Assembly: GCA_965221485.1 (NCBI GenBank)
Contig: OZ244893.1
Location: forward strand, 1,861,410-1,925,409
Origin: Alphaproteobacteria bacterium
Lineage (GTDB): Bacteria; Pseudomonadota; Alphaproteobacteria; MPNO01; UBA830
DNA length: 64,000 bases
Direction: 5' to 3'
Positions 1-10,346 of the stretch are shown here, piece by piece. The notes beneath the pieces are model-generated. The model had not been told where the DNA came from. It ran no database searches and worked only from the letters and a program-made list of their open reading frames with translations. The translations under genes and the position numbers were made by a program. Numbering within the stretch: the first letter of the stretch is position 1; each line of letters begins with the position of its first letter.

Positions 1-900
1 AAATGCACCACCTCCTGGTAACCGGGAAAGTGGCCTGCCAGCAGGGGCGAACCCTCGCCCAATTCATCGAACAGAAGCGCAGCCTGGTGCGTCGCGTCAC
101 CGCGGCGCTCATGAATGATTCTCTCATGACCCGTTTCAATATTGAGCTTGACCAGCGCCGCATGCGTCCGTCCCCGATCTGACAGGGCCCATAGCGTCCT
201 GTCCTTCTGCGGACCGCCAATGAACGTCAACACAGTATCACCGAAGGTGTAGCGGAAAACGGGGCGCCAGTTTCCTTCTTCCGTCCGGGCCTGGAATTCA
301 CGCTCGCCGGGCGATACACGCACGATCCGTGCAGAGAGTCTGCCCCCGGGTTCAATCGCCCAAAACAGCCCCGGACGGGCATCGCTATCGGCGACTTCAC
401 AACGCGCCGCTATCGCTCCCGCTTCCGGAACCAGTGAACAGCGGTAGATCCGCCCGGCGGCACGTACAAAGAGAAACGGAACAAGAGCATTGGGGTACCC
501 TATAACGTGACGACGCGAAGTCGAAGGAATGCCCGACTTGCCAGTGAGCGCGACCGGCGTGACCTCCGTGGCCTTCCCCCGAAAAGAAAGCCGAAACAGC
601 GAACCGTCGCTCTTCAGGCCCCAGGCCGTATTGCTGTCCTCTCCCCAGCTCATTGCAACAAAGGACCGGTCCAGCAGGTCCCGGTCCTCTCCGGTGCGCG
701 TGTTGACAATGTTGTAATGCCTTCGTCCCTTCCGCGCTTGCAACACGATCATCCTTGTTCCGTCCGGAGACAGCGTGTGGTTCGTTTCCGGCGGCTCGCC
801 GTGAAGTCGGACGTCTGCTGCCAGAGTGCTTCCTCCGGCAACCGCCAGAGTAATCATGAGACCCAGGAGGAAGAAGGGAAGGTAGAGGTACCGTTGCATC
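1..900 (-). CDS. secreted hypothetical protein, 5' portion only (continues past window start)
   Basis: Manual minus-strand translation from ATG at ~898-900 (MQRYLYLPFFLLGLMITLAVAGGSTLAADV...) runs >295 codons without a stop to position 1. N-terminal hydrophobic signal-peptide-like segment. GGGAAG RBS 7 nt upstream. Absent from the ORF table because no stop lies in the window. Start coordinate +/-1. Confidence 0.45.
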
Positions 901-915
901 GACGCTTCCCTGTGC

Positions 916-1962
916 TCAACGGGCTCCGGCGTTGCGCAGAAGCTCGACGATCGGCCAGCGGTGGAGCCGCTTAGCCACCGCGAGCGGCGGCTGGGTCCTG
1001 TTCCGTCCGCAGCGTTCGTAATTCGCCAGCGCCGGATCGGCTTCGAGCAGCACTCTGACAATGTCGGGATGGTTTCTGGCCACCGCCGCACAAATGGCGC
1101 TTGCCGCGGCCAGGTGAGTGCCGGCGCCGTGATCAAGCAGAAATACAGCCATTTCAGTGTGTCCGTACAGCGATGCCGCCACGATCATCGGAGCATGAAG
1201 TGTCCGCCCTCGCGCATAGAGCGGATGATTGAAGGAAATCGTTGTATCGGGATCAAGGCCCCGGACCGCAATGCGACGCAGACGTTTCATGTTTCCTGTG
1301 CGGACGACTTCGAACAGATCCTCGTTCCGGGTTCGCCCGGAGGACGCCGCGGCAGGGTCAGTCCCGGGAGTCGCAATGCCCCTGATGCCAACACGGGACA
1401 GCATGGAAACGATGATGGTTGCATCTACGTCACCCGTGACCGGACAGGAGAGGCCGGTCACCATCGTATCGCCGCGCCCGTCAGCGACGGCGCCCGCGTT
1501 GCGATACAGATAGATACGCCATGTGCCGCAACGGTCCTTTCCGGCCTTGAAGACCAGATATTCGTTGTCTCCCAGAACGGATTTTGCCGTTCCGGCTTCA
1601 AGGGCGGCAAAAGCACGGCCCCGGAACAGCGGATGCGTCTGAATGTTTTCTTCCAGACTCTTGTGCCCGGCGGTGCGAGAGGCATGTTCCGGGGTCCACA
1701 GGTGCAGACGAATGCGCAGCAGCGGCAAACGCCGGCCCGCTGCTTTCCAGTGGGCCTCGTAGAGTTCGCGCCTGCCATTCAGGTCTTCGTGCCGAACGTG
1801 GCGATGCGATACGTGTTCGGCCCCGGGCGGCATACCCGAGAACAGGATGCGGTTTTCCTGCCGGTCTATTCCGTTCCATCGTGCTTCTGTAGTCGCAGGG
1901 ACGGTCAGGGCCAGCCCGAGCACAAGCAAAAGCAGCTGTCCGCACGTCCAGCTCCTTATCAT
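916..1962 (-). CDS. secreted ankyrin-repeat protein
   Basis: ORF 916..2079 trimmed to internal ATG (MIRSW...) followed by signal-peptide-like LLLLVLGLALTVPATTEA. C-terminal ~100 aa show three ankyrin-like repeats (YGHTEMAVFLLDHGA / HLAAASA..NHPDIVRVLLEADPA / PPLAVAKRLHRWPIVELLRNAGA). Start overlaps the upstream gene stop as ATGA (1959-1962). Confidence 0.6.
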   Translation of the reverse strand: MIRSWTCGQLLLLVLGLALTVPATTEARWNGIDRQENRILFSGMPPGAEHVSHRHVRHEDLNGRRELYEAHWKAAGRRLPLLRIRLHLWTPEHASRTAGHKSLEENIQTHPLFRGRAFAALEAGTAKSVLGDNEYLVFKAGKDRCGTWRIYLYRNAGAVADGRGDTMVTGLSCPVTGDVDATIIVSMLSRVGIRGIATPGTDPAAASSGRTRNEDLFEVVRTGNMKRLRRIAVRGLDPDTTISFNHPLYARGRTLHAPMIVAASLYGHTEMAVFLLDHGAGTHLAAASAICAAVARNHPDIVRVLLEADPALANYERCGRNRTQPPLAVAKRLHRWPIVELLRNAGAR

Positions 1963-4295
1963 CGCGCCACGTCCCGCCTGGACGCATCCCCCGGCAATCT
2001 GTTCATTGCTCGCAACACGCGTTCCGATGTTACCGGCATCGCGATATCCCGGACCTTCGAGGAACGCAGGGCATCGCACACAGCATTGACGAAGGCCACA
2101 GGCCCCGACAGCGTCGCGCCCTCGCCGCCTCCCTTGACACCAAGAGGATTGTTGGCGGTGGGCACTTCGTGAAGTGCGGTACCAAAGGACGGAAGATCAT
2201 CAGCACGCGGCAGGGCGTAATCCATGAAGGATCCGGCAATCAACTGCCCCGTCGCCGGATCATACACGCCGTCCTCAAGCAGCGACTGGCCGATCGCCTG
2301 GGCGATCGAACCATGCGCCTGACCGGTCAGGATCAGGGGATTGATGGCCCGGCCCGGGTCGTCGACGGCAGTGTGCGCCACCAGAGCAACGGCACCGGTT
2401 TCGGGATCGATCTCGACCTCGGAGACGGCCGCCCCATTGGGAAAGGCGTGGGAACGCCCGCGGAAAACCGTCTCTGCCGAAAGCTGGCCGTCAGGGCTTC
2501 GTGCAGCAACCTCGAACAGGGTGATCGAGCGGTCCGTCCCGGAAACGTGATAAGCGCCGTCGCCGTAATCAATGTCCTCAGGCGCGGCCTCCAGAAGTTC
2601 CGATGCAACAGTTCGTCCCGTTTCCACGATCTTGTCCGACGTCTCCTTCATAACGATGCCACCGAGGCGCATCGAGCGGTCCGAATGCGATCCACCTCCG
2701 ACAGGGATGATGTCGGAATCTCCGGTGACAAGCTGAACAGTCTCGGGATCGACACCAAGGAATTCACCGACTACATGCGGAAACACGGTCTCGTGGCCCT
2801 GTCCGCTGGATTGGGTTCCCATTTCGAGGTCAATTCTTCCGTTGCCGCGGACACGCACCCGGGCATATTCGACCGGGGCTCCGACCGGAGCCTGGATGTA
2901 ACCCGCCACACCGATGCCGCGGAGCCGGCCATGGCGGGCAGACACAGACCGCCTCTCTTCGAAACTCTCCCAACGTGACGCCTGCAATGCCTTGTCGAAG
3001 CAACCCGGAAAGTCGCCGCAGTCATATTCGACTCCCATCGCATTGGCGGCCGGCATGGCTTCCTGTGTGATCATGTTGCGGCGGCGGAGCTCCAGACGAT
3101 CCATACCTGTCTCCAGGGCCGCCATATCGATCAGCCGTTCCACGACATGCATGACTTCGGGTCTGCCCGCCCCCCGGTAGGGCCCGGTTGGAACGGTATT
3201 TGTGAGAACGCCCCGAATTCGCGAATAGGACGCATCCATACGATAAATCGAGGGCAGCAGACGAGGTCCGTTCGCCAGAGGAACAAAGGCGACGGTGTGA
3301 GCTCCGAGATTACCCACAAGATCGGCACGCAGGGCAAGAAATCGGCCCTCGCCATCCAGCGCCAGTGCGGCATGCGTCTGGATATCCCGGGCCTGAAAAT
3401 CGGTCACAAACGCCTCGGAACGATCCGAGGTCCATTTCACCGGACTTCCAGCGCGCTGCGAAGCCCAGCAAACCAGAACGAACTCCGGATACAACATGTT
3501 GCGGGGGCCAAAGCCCCCTCCGACATCGCCGCACGTCACGCGAATCCGATCCGGCTCCAGTCCAAACGTCTGTGCGAGCATGCCCTTGAGGCGATGAACA
3601 CCCTGGGAGCCGGCATGGAGCGTGAGGCGGCCGGTTTCGCCGTTCCATTCGCCAATCGCGGAACGGGGCTCCATCTGGCAATTCAGGATCCGGTTGTTTG
3701 TGAACCGTCCTTCGACAATATGTTCAGCTTGGGCGAAGGCCTTGTCTGTCGCGTCGGCATCACCAAGTTCGGAATCAACCGGAAGATTGCCGGGACATTC
3801 CTCCCACAGCTGCGGAGCGCCGGCTTCAGCAGCTGCAAGGGCATCCGTGACTGCAGGAAACTCCTCCAGATCACAGCGCACCTCCAGAGCCGCATCTCTT
3901 GCGGCCTCCGGTGTCCGGCCGACCACGACCGCGAGAATTTCGCCCGCATGACGCACACGGGTATGGACAATCGGCGGCTGTGGCAAGTCGACGGGTTCCA
4001 AACCGTCCCGGTTGACAAGAGATGGTTTGTCCCATTCGACCGCACCCCAGGGATTGGCGGAGTGGCAGATTCCCGCCAGACCGTCAGACTGATAGTCAGC
4101 ACCCGTCAGGACAGTGACCACGCCTGGCATGGACACAGCGTCGGCCGCATCAATGCGGGAGACGCGGGCATGGGCAAGGGGGCTTCGAACCATCACGGCA
4201 TACAGCTGATCCGGAAGAACGAGATCATCGGTGTAGGCCCCCTGTCCACGCAGCAGCCTCGCATCTTCCCGACGAAGGACAGGATCCCCGATCAT
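1959..4295 (-). CDS. xanthine dehydrogenase/aldehyde oxidase family molybdopterin-binding large subunit (form-II CoxL-like)
   Basis: ORF 1959..4472 trimmed to MIGDPVLRREDARLLRG, the canonical N-terminus of this family. Contains the PYRGAGR motif typical of form-II CoxL/putative Mo-hydroxylases, not the VAYRCSFR of true CO dehydrogenases. ~779 aa. RBS-like AAGG upstream. Alternative upstream start at 4472. Confidence 0.85.
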   Translation of the reverse strand: MIGDPVLRREDARLLRGQGAYTDDLVLPDQLYAVMVRSPLAHARVSRIDAADAVSMPGVVTVLTGADYQSDGLAGICHSANPWGAVEWDKPSLVNRDGLEPVDLPQPPIVHTRVRHAGEILAVVVGRTPEAARDAALEVRCDLEEFPAVTDALAAAEAGAPQLWEECPGNLPVDSELGDADATDKAFAQAEHIVEGRFTNNRILNCQMEPRSAIGEWNGETGRLTLHAGSQGVHRLKGMLAQTFGLEPDRIRVTCGDVGGGFGPRNMLYPEFVLVCWASQRAGSPVKWTSDRSEAFVTDFQARDIQTHAALALDGEGRFLALRADLVGNLGAHTVAFVPLANGPRLLPSIYRMDASYSRIRGVLTNTVPTGPYRGAGRPEVMHVVERLIDMAALETGMDRLELRRRNMITQEAMPAANAMGVEYDCGDFPGCFDKALQASRWESFEERRSVSARHGRLRGIGVAGYIQAPVGAPVEYARVRVRGNGRIDLEMGTQSSGQGHETVFPHVVGEFLGVDPETVQLVTGDSDIIPVGGGSHSDRSMRLGGIVMKETSDKIVETGRTVASELLEAAPEDIDYGDGAYHVSGTDRSITLFEVAARSPDGQLSAETVFRGRSHAFPNGAAVSEVEIDPETGAVALVAHTAVDDPGRAINPLILTGQAHGSIAQAIGQSLLEDGVYDPATGQLIAGSFMDYALPRADDLPSFGTALHEVPTANNPLGVKGGGEGATLSGPVAFVNAVCDALRSSKVRDIAMPVTSERVLRAMNRLPGDASRRDVAR

Positions 4296-4635
4296 GACCT
4301 TATCACCGGCCTGAAACGGAACAAGGGGCAGGGTCTGCCGGTTTTCCGGCGGCGGCCTCTGGCTCAGGACGGTTCGATCTTTCCGAAAAGGCCGGGAACA
4401 CCATGACTTCGGTCTCCGTTGGGAAACTGGTCCGGATACGGCCCGGTCACAGCAGGCCATGGGAACTGGCAATCCGGTCCGCTTGTGAGCCGCAGACGCC
4501 GGACTTCCGGCCCCGGCCGATCAATGACATACTATCACAGAACATTTGCGCCGGAAGACAGCCGTATCCTGCCGCCGGGATTTCGAAATCTCCATTCAGG
4601 CGCACCGCGAATACTGTCGGCAACGGAGACAGACA

Positions 4636-5430
4636 ATGGCCAACCCCGCTCCGGGCTATCAGAAGAACCCCGATCACCCCATCAGGCTCGAATCGTCCCC
4701 ACGTCGCGTGCGCGTGAAGTTCGGCGATACCTGGATCGCAGACTCGACCGACATGGCCCTGATGTTCGAGCATGGACACCTGCCGGTGTATTATTTTCCG
4801 AAAACGGATGTGCGCATGGAATTCCTCCACGCGACCGAACACTCGACCCATTGCCCCTACAAGGGCCACGCCCGTTACTGGTCGATCGATACCGGCTCGG
4901 CACGGGTCGAAAACGCGGTCTGGGGCTATCCTGCTCCCTATGACGAAATGGTTGAACTGGGACTTGAGGACTATCTCGCGTTTTACTGGAACCGCGTCGA
5001 CCACTGGTACGAGGAAGACGAGGAAATCTTCGTCCACCCACGCGATCCCTACAAGAGAGTTGATGCCATTCCCTCATCCCGGGCCGTGAAGGTCATTCTC
5101 GGCGGCGAGACCGTGGCTGACACGACGCGCGCTCACTTTCTGTTCGAAACCGGACTCCCGACCCGTTACTACATTCCGCGGGACGATGTTCGCATGGATC
5201 TGCTGACGCCAACAGCGACGCAAAGCCGCTGCCCCTACAAGGGAATTGCATCCTACTGGTCGGCTCGCACCGGCGATGAGGTCCATGAGGATATTGTCTG
5301 GAGCTATGAGAGCCCGATTTCCGAGTGCGGACGCATCGAAAAACTCGTCTGCTTCTATAACGAGAATGTGGACGCCATCCTTGTCGACGGTTGCGAGCAG
5401 GAGAAGCCGCAGACCAAATGGTCCAGATAG
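4636..5430 (+). CDS. DUF427 domain protein (tandem duplication of DUF427)
   Basis: ORF 4546..5430 trimmed to ATG at 4636 preceded by GGAGA. Two repeats each carrying the hallmark H..HCPYKG motif (HCPYKGHARYW and RCPYKGIASYW). Confidence 0.75.
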   Translation: MANPAPGYQKNPDHPIRLESSPRRVRVKFGDTWIADSTDMALMFEHGHLPVYYFPKTDVRMEFLHATEHSTHCPYKGHARYWSIDTGSARVENAVWGYPAPYDEMVELGLEDYLAFYWNRVDHWYEEDEEIFVHPRDPYKRVDAIPSSRAVKVILGGETVADTTRAHFLFETGLPTRYYIPRDDVRMDLLTPTATQSRCPYKGIASYWSARTGDEVHEDIVWSYESPISECGRIEKLVCFYNENVDAILVDGCEQEKPQTKWSR

Positions 5431-5476
5431 TGGCAGAATCGGCTCCGGCCGGAACCGGCGATACAGCCGGTCGGCT

Positions 5477-6334
5477 TCAGGATCCGAGCTGATCAGCGAT
5501 AGCCAACAGGCGCTGCATGGCCCGCAGAACCGGTCGTTCGATCAGCTCTCCGTCCACGACCAGAAGGCCCGTTTCATCCTTTTCGAATGCCGCGACGATC
5601 CGCCGGGCACGCTCGACGTCAGCGGAAGATGGGGAAAAGACGGTGTTGATAACCGGAATCTGCATCGGATGAATCGAGGCTTTTCCGGTAAATCCGAGGG
5701 CGGCGGACCGTTCTGCTTCCTGCCTGAGGCCATCCTGATCGGACAGGTCAAGCCAGGGCACATCGAGAAGATCCAGATCGTACCGAGCGGCCGCGTGGAC
5801 CACACGCGAGCGGGCATAAAGGAGCGTATCCCAGGTCTTCGCGGCGCGCAGGTCTGCCGACAGGTCGACAGCTCCAAACAGGAGCGATGCGATACGCGGC
5901 GTCGCCTTCGCGATGTCCATGACATTCGCGAGACCCTCTGCGGATTCGATGATGACGTGAAACCGTATGTCAGCACAGTTTCCCTGCAGCAGTTCGTCGT
6001 AGAGCCGGATTTCAGCGGCCGAGCCCGGTTTCGCCAGCATCACACCTTGCGGAGGGCAGGCGCATTCGCTGAGTGCGAGAATGTCCTCCAGTCCGGACAG
6101 CGTCGACAGGGGGTTGATACGGACCACGGTTTCAACTGTCGCCAGATCGTATTCCGCAAACAGCGGGAGAGTCAGGTCGCGAGCTTCCTTCTTTCTCTCC
6201 ATCGGCACCGCATCCTCAAGATCAACACAGACCAGATCGGCTCGCGCCTCCACAGCCTTCCAAAAGCGATCCGGCCGGAGGCCGGGCACAAACAGGAGAC
6301 TGCGACGCGGGCGGATGCTCATACTGCTGGACAT
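5477..6334 (-). CDS. HpcH/HpaI aldolase / citrate lyase beta-subunit (CitE) family lyase
   Basis: ORF 5477..6337. LLFVPG...DLEDAVP...GF.GK..IHP motifs typical of CitE/malyl-CoA or citramalyl-CoA lyase family. ATG at M2 preceded by GGAGAAG. Confidence 0.8.
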   Translation of the reverse strand: MSSSMSIRPRRSLLFVPGLRPDRFWKAVEARADLVCVDLEDAVPMERKKEARDLTLPLFAEYDLATVETVVRINPLSTLSGLEDILALSECACPPQGVMLAKPGSAAEIRLYDELLQGNCADIRFHVIIESAEGLANVMDIAKATPRIASLLFGAVDLSADLRAAKTWDTLLYARSRVVHAAARYDLDLLDVPWLDLSDQDGLRQEAERSAALGFTGKASIHPMQIPVINTVFSPSSADVERARRIVAAFEKDETGLLVVDGELIERPVLRAMQRLLAIADQLGS

Positions 6335-6382
6335 CAATCTTCTCCGGATCCGGCGTGCTGCAAACGACCGGATAGTTTGGTG

Positions 6383-7270
6383 TCAGACGGCGACCTTGCC
6401 GAATTCCGGTTCTGCAATGCCCTTGCAGTCTGTTTCAACTGCAAAGAGCGAGCCGGCATCGGGTTCCCGTTCAAAATCAGCCGGTTCATAGAGACTCGAC
6501 GCGGTCGTGACATAGAGCGTCGACAGGTCGGGACCACCAAACGCGGGACAGGTTGTCATGGCCACAGGAAACGAAATCTCGCGCTCCATGCCGCCGTCAG
6601 GGTCATATCGCCTCACCTTGCCACCCCGCATCAACGCCACCCAGAGAAACCCTTCCTCATCCACTGTCGCGCCGTCCGGCAGACCTTCGCCCGGACCGAC
6701 CTCGACGAACACGCGGCGATTGGCGACCTCTCCGGCCTCGGCATCAAAGTCATAGGCCCAGATCACGCGGCCGGGCGAGTCCGCAAAATACATGACTCGG
6801 TCGTCCGGGCTCCAGCATATGGCATTGGGGATCCGGAAGGAGCCTGCGATTCGCGTCACCGAGTGATCGGCACCAAACCTGTAGAGAGTCCCCACCTCAC
6901 TCCTTCCCGGATCCTCCATGGAGCCGCACCAGAAACGCCCGCGTCTGTCGACCTTGCCATCATTCATTCGCAGGCGATTCAGCCGTCCCTCCCCTTCGGG
7001 ATCGGCCACATCATCAAAGCTGCCGTCCGCAAGATCGACATAGGCAAAGCCCATGCGTGTGCCGGCAATGAGACGATGATCACCAGCAAACCCGATGGAT
7101 CCGACTTCTGTCTGCAGGCGCCACTTGCGGTGCTCGGCGGTGGCAGGGTCAAGGCGATGGATCATGGGGTTGCGCACATCAACCCAGAAAAGGGCTTGTT
7201 CGGCAACCGACCAGATCGGGGATTCACCGAGAATGGACCGCTCCTTCACGACAACATAAGGCTCCGACAT
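6383..7270 (-). CDS. SMP-30/gluconolactonase/LRE family protein
   Basis: ORF 6383..7297 trimmed to third ATG (MSEPYVVVKE) preceded by GGAGGAAA. Beta-propeller lactonase signature (ESPIW, GRFWCG, LPDG). Confidence 0.8.
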   Translation of the reverse strand: MSEPYVVVKERSILGESPIWSVAEQALFWVDVRNPMIHRLDPATAEHRKWRLQTEVGSIGFAGDHRLIAGTRMGFAYVDLADGSFDDVADPEGEGRLNRLRMNDGKVDRRGRFWCGSMEDPGRSEVGTLYRFGADHSVTRIAGSFRIPNAICWSPDDRVMYFADSPGRVIWAYDFDAEAGEVANRRVFVEVGPGEGLPDGATVDEEGFLWVALMRGGKVRRYDPDGGMEREISFPVAMTTCPAFGGPDLSTLYVTTASSLYEPADFEREPDAGSLFAVETDCKGIAEPEFGKVAV

Positions 7271-7448
7271 GCTTTCCTCCGAGTGCATCCCCGTCATGCG
7301 GCCGGGATTGCCGATGTATGCGCGCCAAATGCTCCGGATGCAACTCTGAACAGGGCCGGGTCACATATAAGGTTCCGCTTTGCTGACCATCCTGACTCAC
7401 CAGCAGCAGATGGGCGAACGGGACCTGAAACAGGGCGGGACCCTGTCC

Positions 7449-8108
7449 ATGGCTGAAACAGCCAGGTCCCTGTTCGTAACCGCAACAGGCACGGATCTCG
7501 GCAAGACCTATGTTGCAGAGCGCCTGATCAGAGAGTGGCGGGAGGCAGGCTGGCCCGTCACGGCCCTCAAACCGGTGGTCTCCGGATACGACCCCATGGC
7601 AGCCGGCGCATCGGATACGGGCCGGCTGCTGGCCGCCCTTGATATGCCCCTGACGGCCGAAAATGTCGATCGTGTTTCGCCCTGGCGGTTTACCGCGCCG
7701 CTCTCTCCCGACATGGCAGCCGCAATGGAAAACCGCTCGGTCCCGTATGACGACGTTCTGGCCTGGTGCCAACGGGCTGTTGATAACGCACGGCAACAGG
7801 AGGGGCGGCTTCTGATCGAGGGAATCGGAGGAGTCATGGTTCCCCTCGACGACAGGCGTACGGTCCTCGATCTGATGGCTGACCTCTCCCTCCCGGTCTT
7901 GCTGGTGACCGGCAGCTATCTCGGCAGCCTGAGTCACACCCTGACGGCCTGTGCGGTTCTCCAAGAGCGCGAGATTTCGCTCGATCGCATCGTGATCAGC
8001 GAGACACCGGAGTCCGGCGTCGATCTCCAGGCCACCAGGGACACGCTGGCCCGTTTCCTCGGGCACGTGCCGATTGACGTACTTCCGTTTACCGGACCCG
8101 GGTCGTAA
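7449..8108 (+). CDS. bioD: ATP-dependent dethiobiotin synthetase
   Basis: ORF 7380..8108 trimmed to MAETARSLFVTATGTDLGKT (P-loop SLFVTGTDT.GKT characteristic of BioD). ~219 aa. No other bio genes adjacent. Confidence 0.8.
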   Translation: MAETARSLFVTATGTDLGKTYVAERLIREWREAGWPVTALKPVVSGYDPMAAGASDTGRLLAALDMPLTAENVDRVSPWRFTAPLSPDMAAAMENRSVPYDDVLAWCQRAVDNARQQEGRLLIEGIGGVMVPLDDRRTVLDLMADLSLPVLLVTGSYLGSLSHTLTACAVLQEREISLDRIVISETPESGVDLQATRDTLARFLGHVPIDVLPFTGPGS

Positions 8109-8928
8109 CGATCCAGCAGGCTCCTGCAAGGCGCACAATGCCCGATCGGTCGCGATGCGCTGCCATCACCTCCGCGAGGGCGCTCAGGGCCTGTCGGCGT
8201 GCATCTCCCTTCAGATCTCGCAAGGGCTCCGCGAGGGGGCCAACTTCAAGTGTAAATTCCACCGCCTCTTCCACGCTGTTGCCGATCGGCAGGCCGACTT
8301 CAAGTGAATTCAGATGAGGCGTGGCAAAACCGGCCTTCTCCAGAACATGCCTGACGCGAACCGGGTCACCGAACGAAAACGCTCCCGGATCGTCAGGGCC
8401 GGGACGCGGCGGCATTTCGACAAGAGACCGTACCGCCGAAATTGGTTCCATGGCCCACAGGTTCTTGCGCGGAGCCTGCCAGACACAGAGCACCAGGCGC
8501 CCCTGTGTTGTCAGCGCGCGCCGGAGGGTGGAGAATGTTTCAACCGGATTGTCGAAGAACATGGCGCCGAGCCGGGAAATGGCAACATCGACCGATCCGG
8601 GTTCAAATGGAAATGTCGAGGCATCTCCCTTAATGAGCCGGACATTTCCGGTCCCGGAGGTCCGGCGCCGGGCGATTTCGATCAGGGGTCCGGAAACATC
8701 GATTCCGGTCACCTTCCCCAGGGGGCCGCATCCTGCGGCAGCCTCCAGGATCATGCCCCCCGCGCCGCAACCCAGATCGAGCACATGCTCACCGGAACGG
8801 ATCTTCGCTGCCGCAAGGATGGCGGTCGTCAGCTCGAGGAATATGTGATCGAGTGACTCCGCCCGCCGAGCCCAGGCCCCACCGGTTTCTCCATTCCAGA
8901 AAGCAATCTGGTCTTCGTTGGAGGTCAT
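8089..8928 (-). CDS. class I SAM-dependent methyltransferase
   Basis: VLDLGCGAGG motif I and downstream motifs. 279 aa. Its 3' end overlaps bioD 3' end convergently by 20 nt. Confidence 0.8.
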   Translation of the reverse strand: MTSNEDQIAFWNGETGGAWARRAESLDHIFLELTTAILAAAKIRSGEHVLDLGCGAGGMILEAAAGCGPLGKVTGIDVSGPLIEIARRRTSGTGNVRLIKGDASTFPFEPGSVDVAISRLGAMFFDNPVETFSTLRRALTTQGRLVLCVWQAPRKNLWAMEPISAVRSLVEMPPRPGPDDPGAFSFGDPVRVRHVLEKAGFATPHLNSLEVGLPIGNSVEEAVEFTLEVGPLAEPLRDLKGDARRQALSALAEVMAAHRDRSGIVRLAGACWIVTTRVR

Positions 8929-8976
8929 CAGCGACGGCCGCTCCGGTGCATCGTCCGGCCTGCTTGCGTCATGCCT

Positions 8977-10035
8977 TCAGCCGATACCATATTGCTCGCT
9001 GCCCAGCCACTCACGAGGGACGACGCGGTTGGAAATCGTCTTGAGCTTGTCGTAGAGAATGGCACCGGCGGCAGCAAACTGCATCGCGAGACCGGTATTA
9101 CTCTTGTAATAGACGATTGTCTCAGGCGCAGATTTCGCCTCGGCCTGACCAATCACGATATCTCCCAGGAGATGGACCCTGTCCCGTTCGACCGACCCGT
9201 CTTCCAGCCGTTCGATCAGCTCGATCTGACGATTGCTGTAGACGCTGTCCCAGTCATTGATGACGATGTGATCGGCGCGCATGAAGGTCTCTTCGTCAAC
9301 TTCCCTGCGTGTAACGGTCGCATCGGAATTTCCGATCGACATGACGACCTGCCCCGGACACAACCACGCTCCCTGCACCACGGGTTCGGTAGAATTGGTC
9401 GCAGAACAAACGATATCCGCGCCCTCTACGGCGGCACGAGCACTTGATACGGCCACGATCTCGACGCCCGAATGGGTCACCTGTTTCACAAAGGCGTCGA
9501 GATGAGACGGATTGGGGCTGTATACATTCACGTGCGTAATGGGGCGGATACTGCAAATGGCCTCGCAATGCGAGCGCGCCTGCCGTCCTGTGCCGAGGAG
9601 CCCCAGGGTGGATGCATCTTCCCGCGCGATTTCATCCAGTGCGACCGCTGAAGTCGCTCCGACCCGCATGCCACTCAACCAGGACTCGTGAAGAAATGCG
9701 ACCGGCTCGGAGGTCTTGATGTCGTACAGTATGACGACGGACCAGTTGAAGGGTTCGGGGTTCCTCATGGAGCGCCGCCCGCCATCATAGGCTGTTTCAT
9801 TGATCAGGTGGCTCCCGGCGCGAACACAGGCCATGCCATAACTCGGGGCGGCACCGACGTGAACATTCGCGTAGTAGCTGTGATCCGGCACACCGGAATC
9901 CACTGTGTATCGCACTCGGGGAAGGCTGACAGCGTTATCCCTGGCGAAATCGGCGAACACGGTTCGCATGGCTTCAATACATTCCGGCATCGAGAGATGC
10001 CGGCGAACTTCGTCGTCTGTGATCACGATTGGCAT
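8977..10035 (-). CDS. ornithine cyclodeaminase/mu-crystallin family protein (paralog 1)
   Basis: 352 aa. N-terminal MPIVITDDEVRRHLSMPECIEAM and Rossmann GLLGTGRQA typical of the OCD/ketimine reductase family. Confidence 0.85.
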   Translation of the reverse strand: MPIVITDDEVRRHLSMPECIEAMRTVFADFARDNAVSLPRVRYTVDSGVPDHSYYANVHVGAAPSYGMACVRAGSHLINETAYDGGRRSMRNPEPFNWSVVILYDIKTSEPVAFLHESWLSGMRVGATSAVALDEIAREDASTLGLLGTGRQARSHCEAICSIRPITHVNVYSPNPSHLDAFVKQVTHSGVEIVAVSSARAAVEGADIVCSATNSTEPVVQGAWLCPGQVVMSIGNSDATVTRREVDEETFMRADHIVINDWDSVYSNRQIELIERLEDGSVERDRVHLLGDIVIGQAEAKSAPETIVYYKSNTGLAMQFAAAGAILYDKLKTISNRVVPREWLGSEQYGIG

Positions 10036-10346
10036 GAGCTTCGTCCTGCCCCCGGTTCAGGTCGCGCACCCGGGCATGAAACCCGGGACACCCGAAGGCG
10101 CTTCCGAATAACCTCCCGGATATTGCCTTCCCGTCCCTTGTAACACCGCGACCCATCTGTTGGAACCGGCACAATGATCCGGCCTGAAGCAGGCCGGCTC
10201 GAAGGAACCCATTCGTTCAATCGCGGGTGGGGGGTCATATTCGGTTTCCAACCGCCGGCCTTTGGTGGTAGGCACTTCTGACGGCAAGGGCAGCCTTGAC
10301 GCGTAGCTGTTTTGGACACGCTCCTGAGGACGGTTGCCGGGGGTAT

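Noticed and set aside
961-4406. Several long plus-strand ORFs (961..2172, 2169..2978, 3147..4406)
   Set aside because: All lie antisense to the ankyrin and CoxL-like genes and show no recognisable motifs. Classic high-GC shadow frames.
5246-7456. 736-aa plus-strand ORF
   Set aside because: Antisense shadow ORF over the CitE-like and SMP-30 genes. No domain content, extreme Arg/Gly/Ser bias typical of GC-rich antisense frames.
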